Positions 1 through 7,694 of a stretch of DNA of 64,000 nt are shown in pieces. A model generated the notes under the pieces. That model was not told where the DNA came from and ran no database searches. It saw only the letters and a list, made by a program, of their open reading frames with translations. The stretch covers positions 87,254 through 151,253 of the forward strand of contig JBOEGF010000036.1 of the NCBI GenBank assembly GCA_050633305.1, read 5' to 3'. Position numbers and translations under genes: made by a program. Origin of the DNA: Nannocystales bacterium. Its GTDB lineage: Bacteria > Myxococcota_A > Polyangia > Nannocystales > Nannocystaceae. Position 1 is the stretch's first letter; every line of letters starts with the position of its first letter.

Positions 1-16
1 AGACAGTCGGCTTCGG

Positions 17-484
17 TCATGGGCTTTCCCCGGTCGGCGGTCGGCACCCACGAGTTCCAGAGAATACTCCGTCTTCGCTTGCTGCGAACCCGACCGTCCT
101 GCTGCCGCCGTCCCCTTGGTCGTGGACCCTGGCCCCGCCAGTTTTTTCATGGCTACGCACATCGCAGCTGAGCGCGCTCTGTCCGCCGGAGAAGGTCATC
201 GTCATCGTCATCGTCGGCCTTTCGGTCATCGAGACGTTGACCTCGGCGAAGCTGCCGGGCTCGACGTCCAAGAAGCGAGACGATGGCACGGTGGCGGAAG
301 CGGGGGCCGCCGAGCCACACGCGCCTTCGGCGTGACTTCCACACGCGTGCTCCCCTGCGACCGCTGAGGCTGGGATTGAGCCTGCGGGGGGAACTTCGGT
401 CGCCGAATCCGCCTCCGGGCAGCCCGTCGCGAGACTGCCCGCGGTGAGCGTCGCGAAGGCACGGGTGAGCTTCGATGTCTTCAT
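17..484 (-). CDS. Putative lipoprotein with HACG/EGACG motifs; C-terminus possibly frameshifted
   Basis: ATG at 484, MKTSKLTRAFATLTAGSLATGC lipobox-like signal; EHACGSHAEGACGS; beta-rich C-terminal part. Confidence 0.6.
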   Translation of the reverse strand: MKTSKLTRAFATLTAGSLATGCPEADSATEVPPAGSIPASAVAGEHACGSHAEGACGSAAPASATVPSSRFLDVEPGSFAEVNVSMTERPTMTMTMTFSGGQSALSCDVRSHEKTGGARVHDQGDGGSRTVGFAASEDGVFSGTRGCRPPTGESP

Positions 485-578
485 GGGGGTCTTCGGCTGG
501 AGCGGAAAGCGGCGGAGTGTGAAGGTCTCCTGGTTCGCGCTGCGCACTGGTTCTGGGCACGCTCGTGTCTGACCGGCA

Positions 579-1421
579 TCACGGAAGCGACTGTGCGAAG
601 GCGCCGAGGGCACCAATGTCCTCGTGCGACGCTCCTCCTTTTTGGAAGCCGTGCATCGGGGACCCTGGGTGGCCGAATCGTGCCTTGTGGTGGAACTCCC
701 AGGGATTCTCGCGCGCGACAGATCCTATTGTTTCGAGGTGCTCGGGTTCGAGCTCTTCTTCGGGCTCTTCGCTCTCCTCGGCATCGTCCTCGTGCCCGTC
801 GTCAACGTGAGGCATTGTCTGTCCGCTGCCACCGTGGCAGCTGGCGCACGACGGTTCAGAACCGATTCCGTCGGCGAAGAGCGCCTCGCCTGGTGGCGGA
901 GCGGGCACGAAGCTGCCCGAGTCGTCGATGATATCGCTGGTCGACACCGCGCCTTCGAGGCAGAACCTCACCAAGTCCCAGAGCTCGCGGTCGCTCAGGA
1001 AACGTCCGTACGCGTGGCCCGCCGGATTCTCACCAGGCTCCTCACTCAACAAGTCGAACAGCCCAAGGGGGGAGAGTTGCGTTCGAAGAATTCCCGGAAA
1101 TCCAGTTCGGTGGTTCCCCGTCCCGTACTGACCATCGACGCCAAGGTAGTCCCAACCGTGGCACTCCTTGCAGCGCCAGGTCTCGGTTCCACCGACCCCG
1201 CTACTGGAAGTGTCTGGCCGCGCCGCCCATAAGGGATGATCCCCAGTGAAGTCCTCGGAGGGAGTCTCGGCCCAGATGCGATCGTACAGCCGGCCCCCCT
1301 CGTGAAGGTCCGCGGAGTCGTAGGCATCGACAGGATCCTCGGTTTCTGCACACCCCGACGAACACGCGAGGGGAAGCAAGAGACAGAACACGGCGATGTT
1401 GTTGGAGCTGGACAGTCGCAT
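579..1421 (-). CDS. Diheme c-type cytochrome lipoprotein
   Basis: CKECH and CASCH motifs, lipoprotein-like signal (LLPLACSSGC), C-terminal PGSPM possible axial Met. Confidence 0.8.
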   Translation of the reverse strand: MRLSSSNNIAVFCLLLPLACSSGCAETEDPVDAYDSADLHEGGRLYDRIWAETPSEDFTGDHPLWAARPDTSSSGVGGTETWRCKECHGWDYLGVDGQYGTGNHRTGFPGILRTQLSPLGLFDLLSEEPGENPAGHAYGRFLSDRELWDLVRFCLEGAVSTSDIIDDSGSFVPAPPPGEALFADGIGSEPSCASCHGGSGQTMPHVDDGHEDDAEESEEPEEELEPEHLETIGSVARENPWEFHHKARFGHPGSPMHGFQKGGASHEDIGALGAFAQSLP

Positions 1422-1657
1422 CGAACCACCACTGTTTCGGTAGCACCGGGGCCGAACGTACGGAGCGAAACTACTGCTGTCGGTCGAGGAAAGCGTGTGG
1501 CCGGCCGGGATACGGACCGGCGGTGCTGGTCTCGCGACGTCGCTGTCGATGCTGTTGTCGGCCGCGAACGAGCGGTAACCGCCTGAGTCACAGAAGCCGA
1601 CGGAGTCCCGCAACACCTGCCGCGCTCAGGTCGGCTTCGCTGGGCACTGTGTAGGTC

Positions 1658-2341
1658 ATGCGACGCGTGCGAGTGCTGCTCTGTGGTGCCCTGGTGATGA
1701 CTACGGCGTGCGCTGGAGGCATGCCTGCGTCGCAAAAGAGCGTTCCTGAACACGAGGCCGCAGCCAAGGCCAACGCGGAAATTGCGGTTGCCCATGACCG
1801 GGCCGAACAAGAGGCGCCGCCTTGCGCGGACATGAACGACATCTACGAGATCTGTTGGACTCGGTCGGACACGGCCCAGGAACACCGTTTTCAGGCCCAG
1901 CAGCACCGCCGTCGTGCTGCGGAGCATAGAGCTGCGTCCGAGGCGCTCCGGACAGCGGAGTCCGAGGCCTGCGCCGGAGTCAGTGCGGTCGATCGAGACA
2001 TCAGCCCGTTCCTTCATTCGGGGGACATCGTGGGCGCCGAATTGCTCGACCCAGCAGACACCGAGAGCCGGGAGACCACCCCCGTCGTTCGCGTCACCTT
2101 TCGGCCGGTCCCCGGTCTCGATGAGGGGACGCTGAAACGTCTCATCGGGTGCCACCTCGCCCGGAACGCCTCGCTTGGTCACGAAGTTCCGGAGATGGAA
2201 TTTTGCCCTCTGGTCCCTCCCGGAGTGGAAGCGAGCGTCGGCAAGGCCGATGACAATTTGTTCGTGATCATCGCCGCCCACGAATCCACGTTCGATGAGG
2301 TCCGGCGTCGCGCTCTGACCCTGGTGGAGCGAGCTCAGTGA
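1658..2341 (+). CDS. His/Cys-rich hypothetical lipoprotein (paralog of 54226-54945)
   Basis: Lipobox MTTAC; CHLA...LGH...CPLVP motif shared with the second copy. Confidence 0.75.
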   Translation: MRRVRVLLCGALVMTTACAGGMPASQKSVPEHEAAAKANAEIAVAHDRAEQEAPPCADMNDIYEICWTRSDTAQEHRFQAQQHRRRAAEHRAASEALRTAESEACAGVSAVDRDISPFLHSGDIVGAELLDPADTESRETTPVVRVTFRPVPGLDEGTLKRLIGCHLARNASLGHEVPEMEFCPLVPPGVEASVGKADDNLFVIIAAHESTFDEVRRRALTLVERAQ

Positions 2342-2410
2342 CGCAGTGCGCGGGGTCTGCCCCCGGTTCGGTCTGGGACGAGCTGGGGCTCGGGAGACAG
2401 GTGTTGGGTT

Positions 2411-3928
2411 TTGGGTGATTCTTCTGTTGTGGAGCTTGCGACGAAGAGGCGACCTGTGGAGCGGCCATCACGACTTATTGGACGTCAGCTCGTTCTTGGG
2501 TTTGGTCTGATCGCCGTGATCGCTGCAGCCATGTGCGTGATGCTGCTGGGCACGATTCGGCAGGTTGGCGACGTGGTGGCGCAGATGCGGCGGGACGAAG
2601 CCGCCATTCGAGGGGGGCTCCGGCTCTCTACGGGTGCGCGGGAGCAGTACATCCACATTGCCCACTCTCTGATCGAAGGCGACGGGAGCCACCTGGAGCA
2701 CTATGAGGGCGGGCGGCTACAAGTGGTGGCGGATGCGCGAGCACAGTCGGAGGGAGCTCCCGAACAGCTGCAGCGACGACTTCAGTCGGTCATCGACCTC
2801 GGTTCGGAGATGGACAGAATTTTTAGGGACGTTCTGCTTCCCGCCGCCGAAGAGGGGCGCCTCGACGAGGTCCAAGGAGAGCACCGCAGAGTCGAGGAGA
2901 TCTCGCGCGACGCCGCAACACAGGCCGACGCAGTGGCGCTCGCAGCGGAGCGACGGATGGCCGACGCCCACGACGAAGCCAGACTCGCAGGCCAGCGAGG
3001 TATGGCGATGGGAGGGGCATGTATCGCCGCGGTGCTCCTCGTCGCGGCCGCGTCCACCATTCGGCTACGTGCCGCTGTGCTGCAGCCTCTTGCCGCGCTT
3101 TCCCGTGCCGCAAGCCTCTTCGGCCGAGGGGATTTCAAGCACCGCGTTGGAGACGTCGGAACCGGGGAACTCGCGGAGCTTGCCCGTGCCTTCGACACCA
3201 TGGCGGAGGAACTCGCGGCGCGCGAGCAGAAGCTACTCTCCAAGGAGAGGATGGCGGCGATCGGCCAGCTGGCGGCCGGTGTCGCTCACGAGATCAACAA
3301 CCCGATCGGGATCATCCGTGGCTACATCAAGACGATGCTTCCCGAGACGAATGATCCGCAACTTCGAGAAGAGTTGGAGGTTCTCGACGAAGAAGCTGCG
3401 GCGTGTCAGAGGCTGACCGGAGACCTTCTGGCCTCCGCGGAACGGCCCCGCCTCGAGCTCCGACTCTTCGAGATGCGGGAGTTCCTCGAGGATGCCTCGG
3501 TTCGCGTGGCCGAGGGCATGCCGTCGGGGGAGCACTCGGTGATTGTTCAAGCGAAGAGGGGGGAACTCATGGCCGACCCCTCGCGTTTGCGGCAGGTTCT
3601 TGCAAACCTTGTGGTGAACGCGGCACAGGCCTCGCCCGCGGGCGCGTCGATTCACGTGTCCGGAGGGCCTACGGATGCAGGCGGATACGAGTTTTCGGTG
3701 ATCGACTCGGGCCCGGGCGTCGCCGCTGACGACCGCAAACAGATCTTCGAGCCGTTCGTCTCGAAGCGCCGAGGCGGTTCGGGGCTGGGACTGGCTGTCA
3801 GTCGAAGCATCGTCCTGGCCCACGGAGGATCGATCGAGGTCGAGCCCGCTGCGGAAGGCGGCGCGTGCTTTCGCGTCGTCCTCCCTGCCCATCGGACCCG
3901 CTCCAACCAAGAGGAAGACCGAGCATGA
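2411..3928 (+). CDS. HAMP-domain sensor histidine kinase, probably metal-sensing
   Basis: Two TM segments, HAMP, H-box AHEINNP, N/G1/F/G2 boxes (NLVVNA, DSGPG, FEPF, GSGLGL); periplasmic HIAH...SHLEH; start codon uncertain. Confidence 0.9.
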   Translation: MGDSSVVELATKRRPVERPSRLIGRQLVLGFGLIAVIAAAMCVMLLGTIRQVGDVVAQMRRDEAAIRGGLRLSTGAREQYIHIAHSLIEGDGSHLEHYEGGRLQVVADARAQSEGAPEQLQRRLQSVIDLGSEMDRIFRDVLLPAAEEGRLDEVQGEHRRVEEISRDAATQADAVALAAERRMADAHDEARLAGQRGMAMGGACIAAVLLVAAASTIRLRAAVLQPLAALSRAASLFGRGDFKHRVGDVGTGELAELARAFDTMAEELAAREQKLLSKERMAAIGQLAAGVAHEINNPIGIIRGYIKTMLPETNDPQLREELEVLDEEAAACQRLTGDLLASAERPRLELRLFEMREFLEDASVRVAEGMPSGEHSVIVQAKRGELMADPSRLRQVLANLVVNAAQASPAGASIHVSGGPTDAGGYEFSVIDSGPGVAADDRKQIFEPFVSKRRGGSGLGLAVSRSIVLAHGGSIEVEPAAEGGACFRVVLPAHRTRSNQEEDRA

Positions 3929-5277
3929 GCGAACAAAGACACTCCGTCCTCGTCGTCGACGACAAGCCGAACATGCTGCGACTGATGACCAAGGTCCTTG
4001 GTGGTGTCGCGCAAGTCCACACGGCGGACAATGGGAATGATGCGATGGCGCTCCTCGACCGCGAAGTGGTCGATGTCGTCCTGTGCGACCTCAGGATGCC
4101 CGACCTCACGGGACTCGAAATGCTGCGGTTTTGCAAAGCGCGGCAGCCCCGTGCGCGGTTCATTTTGATGACCGCCTACGCAAGCGTGGAGACGGCAGTC
4201 ACGGCGCTCAAGGATGGCGCATACGACTACTTGACGAAGCCCTTCGACCCTGACGAAGCGAAGACTACGGTGCTGCGAGCACTGCACAGCGTCCGGCCAA
4301 GGCCTGCTGTCGCGGAGGGCGACGAGGTGCTCCCTGGGGTCCATGCGCGCTCCTACGTGATGAGAGAACTCGCCGCGGTGGTTCAGCAGATCGGACCGAC
4401 GAGCCTCAGTATCCTCATCGGCGGAGAGTCAGGCGCGGGCAAGAGGCGGCTCGCCCACGCAGTCCATCGCCTCTCTGCGTTTCGCGACCACTCCTTCCAC
4501 CGCTTGGATTGCGCCTCGCTTCCGCCTGGAGGAGTGCAAGAGGCGCTCGCGCGGCTCGGCCGCTCGGGACCCGAGTCTCCGTCCGTCTCGTTCGTGTCCG
4601 GGACTCTCCTCGTCGACGAAGTGGATGCGCTGGGAGCTGCCGACCAAGCGGCCTTGGAGCATGCGCTCGAGCGCATGCGCGGGACCTCGCTGCCTGTGAG
4701 TCCCGGTGTTCGACTGGTCACCACGACGCGGCGCAACCTGGATGCGATGGTGGCTGACGGGGCCTTTCGGCGCGACTTGTTCCTCCAAATCCGGGTTGCG
4801 TCGCTCGCGGTCCCTCCTTTGAGGAAGCGATCCGAGGACATTCCGGTTCTCGCCGCGAGCCTGTTGCGCGCAGCGGAGTCCGAGACAGCCGGCCTGCGCG
4901 GGTTCACGGCCGGCGCCATGGAGCGCCTCTGCGCGGCGGCCTGGCCTGGCAACGTTCGCGAGCTTCGGTCGGTGATCGAGCATGCGGTGGCCCACGCAGG
5001 CCCCGACAGCATCGGACTGGAGGCACTCCCAGAGTGGATCCAAGGCGAGGCCGCGTTCGAAACGCCGTGGGAAACGCTGACCTGGTCAGACGCCCTGGCG
5101 CGCGGACGCGCGGACGTGGCGCGCCGGTATCTCATCGCCCTGCTCGAGCGTTTCGGGGGCGACGTCGTGGCCGCCGCTGCGCAAGCTTCGGTGGAGAGGG
5201 AGAGCTTTTATCGCCTCTTGCGCCGACATGGCATCCAGCCCGAGGGCTTCCGGAGCGCGGACCAGGACGAGGAGTAA
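3925..5277 (+). CDS. NtrC-like response regulator (REC-AAA+-HTH) lacking GAFTGA
   Basis: ATGA overlap with the kinase; REC (VVDD, DLRMP, KPF); GESGAGK, DEV, FRRDL, WPGNVREL; Fis-type HTH. Confidence 0.88.
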   Translation: MSEQRHSVLVVDDKPNMLRLMTKVLGGVAQVHTADNGNDAMALLDREVVDVVLCDLRMPDLTGLEMLRFCKARQPRARFILMTAYASVETAVTALKDGAYDYLTKPFDPDEAKTTVLRALHSVRPRPAVAEGDEVLPGVHARSYVMRELAAVVQQIGPTSLSILIGGESGAGKRRLAHAVHRLSAFRDHSFHRLDCASLPPGGVQEALARLGRSGPESPSVSFVSGTLLVDEVDALGAADQAALEHALERMRGTSLPVSPGVRLVTTTRRNLDAMVADGAFRRDLFLQIRVASLAVPPLRKRSEDIPVLAASLLRAAESETAGLRGFTAGAMERLCAAAWPGNVRELRSVIEHAVAHAGPDSIGLEALPEWIQGEAAFETPWETLTWSDALARGRADVARRYLIALLERFGGDVVAAAAQASVERESFYRLLRRHGIQPEGFRSADQDEE

Positions 5278-5355
5278 CCTCCCCGGTCTCACTGTCTTGG
5301 GAGGGCCCGCAGATGTTTCAGCCCGCGGATCGGGTGTCGCTGGCATGCATGTCTC

Positions 5356-5931
5356 GTGGCGAGTCTTCCCACGGTGTTGCGCCGACCGCTCGTGGTCGTT
5401 CTAGCCACCTCTGGAGTCCCGTACGTCGGACTTGTGGGCTTCTTGCTCTTCGAGCACTGGACCGTCGAGGCCATCACCCGTCCCGAGGGGGGGTTCTTTT
5501 CCATCCTGGCGGTCGTCGGAGGTCTCGTTCCTCTAACGGCGCTGGTGATCGTGTTTCTCCGACTGGTGCGCGACACCTCCCGCTTCAGAGTCAGCGTCCT
5601 TCTCGAGTTGTATGCAGGGATGCTCGTGGTGTTCGCGAGCTTGGACTCACTCCTTCAATGTGCCGCCACCAAAGCCGCGTTCGCAGGCGCACCCATGCTC
5701 TGGGACGGGACGGCGCACTCACTCGCCGACCATATCGAACGGACCCATGCCGTGTTCGGCACCATGCTCTACTTCAGCGTCGTCACCATGACGACGTTGG
5801 GGTTTGGCGACATCACGCCGGTCTCGGCTTCCGCCCGCGTTCTGACCGCTGCACAAGCCCTCTGCGGGGTGTCGTTCGTGAGCGTTTCGGTGGGTTACTA
5901 CTTCGCGGTCTGCTCCTCCCGCCGATGCTGA
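5356..5931 (+). CDS. Potassium channel family (ion channel pore) protein
   Basis: YFSVVTMTTLGFGDITP pore signature with flanking TM helices. Confidence 0.8.
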   Translation: MASLPTVLRRPLVVVLATSGVPYVGLVGFLLFEHWTVEAITRPEGGFFSILAVVGGLVPLTALVIVFLRLVRDTSRFRVSVLLELYAGMLVVFASLDSLLQCAATKAAFAGAPMLWDGTAHSLADHIERTHAVFGTMLYFSVVTMTTLGFGDITPVSASARVLTAAQALCGVSFVSVSVGYYFAVCSSRRC

Positions 5932-6092
5932 AGGCTCGCAACACGAGCTGCGGTAACTCGCGGGACGAGGCCGAAACTGAGCCAGTGGTCGACTGGGTCA
6001 CCCTGCGCGCGGACGTAGCCGCAGGTTCTGCGCGCAGGCCGAAAGACGTTCTCGGACGAACCGTTCGCCGCTTCACATCGTATCGTTCGCGT

Positions 6093-7178
6093 ATGGCTCG
6101 CCCCTGCCTGATCTTCCTCGCTCTGGCCATCGGTTGTTCGGCGGAGGTCGAGTTGCGGGTGTTCGGTGAGGCGTATGCCGAGCAGGGCATCGAACCGGAC
6201 GAGGTTGTCGGCGGATGGGCCCTCGAGTTTTCTGAACTCGTCGTCTCGCTCGACGACGTGCGATTGTCCCCGCAGGGGGAGGTTGGCGATGGAGGCTATG
6301 TCTTCGATCTGGCAGCCGATTCATCACGTCGCGGGCACTTGCTTGCCACAACGGACGCGGGGCTCGGATCGGTGAACATGGCCCATTTCAGAGTGGCGAT
6401 GCCCACACAGGTCGTGGGCGGCAATGCGACTGCACAGCAGATTGAGCGGATGCGCTTAGAGAAACTCGCGTTTTGGGTCAGCGGCAGGGCGTCTCGTATG
6501 GGCGAGGACGTCTTGTTTGCATGGGGGATCCCGGCCGATATTTCCTACGACTGCCCCCTGAGCACCGACGTCGCAGCGGGTGATGTGGCGAGGGTCGAGC
6601 TCACGATGCACGCTGACCACCTCTTCGTTGATGATCTCGAAGTGGGCGCTGAAGTGGCGTTCGATGCGATCGCAGGTGCAGACTCGAACAGTGACGGCTC
6701 GGTCTCGGCTGCCGAACTCGGGCAGGTGTCGCTGGCCGGGCTCGCTCGTTATCAAACCGGAGGACGCCGCGACATCGACACCCTGTGGAAGTTCATCGGG
6801 GCCGCTTCGCTGACGATGGCGCATGTGGACGGCGAGGGGACCTGCACGCCGAGGCTCGTCCCGGACGCGTTTGCGGATCCCACGCCTGCGCCAACCGACC
6901 CGCCTCGGGCGATGGCGCTGTACGCCGAGCACTGTGCGTCATGCCACGGCGACGAAGGCCGCGGCGATGGTCCCGGCGCCGCCGGGGTCCTGCCGGCAGC
7001 GACGGACCTCACCGCGCTCCGGGGCGAAGCGTCGACGCTGCCCTACATTGCGTTCCGGATTGCGGTCGGTGGCGCGATGTTCCCGTACGCGTCGAGCATG
7101 CCGGGGTACGCCGATTCGCTCGACGCGACGGACCGAGGGTTGCTCGCGGACTACGTCGCGGGGCTAAGCGGTCCTTGA
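6093..7178 (+). CDS. Lipoprotein with C-terminal cytochrome c domain
   Basis: MARPCLIFLALAIGC lipobox; CASCH and SSMPGY in the C-terminal domain. Confidence 0.75.
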   Translation: MARPCLIFLALAIGCSAEVELRVFGEAYAEQGIEPDEVVGGWALEFSELVVSLDDVRLSPQGEVGDGGYVFDLAADSSRRGHLLATTDAGLGSVNMAHFRVAMPTQVVGGNATAQQIERMRLEKLAFWVSGRASRMGEDVLFAWGIPADISYDCPLSTDVAAGDVARVELTMHADHLFVDDLEVGAEVAFDAIAGADSNSDGSVSAAELGQVSLAGLARYQTGGRRDIDTLWKFIGAASLTMAHVDGEGTCTPRLVPDAFADPTPAPTDPPRAMALYAEHCASCHGDEGRGDGPGAAGVLPAATDLTALRGEASTLPYIAFRIAVGGAMFPYASSMPGYADSLDATDRGLLADYVAGLSGP

Positions 7179-7209
7179 CAAGGCATCCGGGGTGCGACAA
7201 GTTGTCGCA
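7173..7209 (+). promoter_or_regulatory. Putative promoter/operator: TTGACA plus palindrome TGCGACAA-G-TTGTCGCA
   Basis: TTGACA at 7175-7180 inside CCTTG-A-CAAGG; perfect 8-1-8 inverted repeat at 7193-7209 touching the ATG. Confidence 0.45.
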
Positions 7210-7610
7210 TGATGGATGCGGCACCCCTACGACTCCAGCGCTGGCCAATGTTGGTCGCCGCGCTGATGGCCGTGGTGCTGCTCCTGAGCGCGGGTTGGGC
7301 AGGGTCGTGGGCCTGTGAGATGGGCGGCTCGAGCGGGTGTGCGTGTCCGTGCGGGAGCGAGGCGCCCGAGGCGATGCCTCGAGACGCCGCCCAGCGCCCG
7401 CGCTGTTGCGCATCCGAGGACTCCACAGACGTGGTGGTCGCCGGGGTGGTTGGCGAATCGTTTGAGCCGTGGGTGCCGGATGCACGCGTCTCCCCAACAC
7501 CGCGGAGGTTTGTTTCGGTGCTGCGCTCCGGTTTGCCGAGGCCGGGGGCGAGCCGAGCTCCGCCGCGGAAGACGTCGGTGTTCCTGAGTCATCAGGCGCT
7601 GCTGCTCTGA
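7209..7610 (+). CDS. Cys-rich exported leader protein with RAPP motif (CutF/CruR/DUF2946-like arrest peptide candidate)
   Basis: N-terminal hydrophobic segment, CACPC and CC, RAPP at 7554-7565 near the C-terminus, directly upstream of tolC-cusBA-copA. Confidence 0.65.
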   Translation: MMDAAPLRLQRWPMLVAALMAVVLLLSAGWAGSWACEMGGSSGCACPCGSEAPEAMPRDAAQRPRCCASEDSTDVVVAGVVGESFEPWVPDARVSPTPRRFVSVLRSGLPRPGASRAPPRKTSVFLSHQALLL

Positions 7611-7694
7611 GGGACGTCGTCGCCGAATGTCGCGACCGCGGTGACCTCTGGTCGTCCGCGCCTTCACGTTTTCTCGTGTCTCCAAGGACTCTCC

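Noticed and set aside
5034..6092. N-terminal 353 aa of the 714-aa ORF
   Set aside because: Overlaps the regulator and channel genes in other frames; the lipoprotein signal starts at 6093
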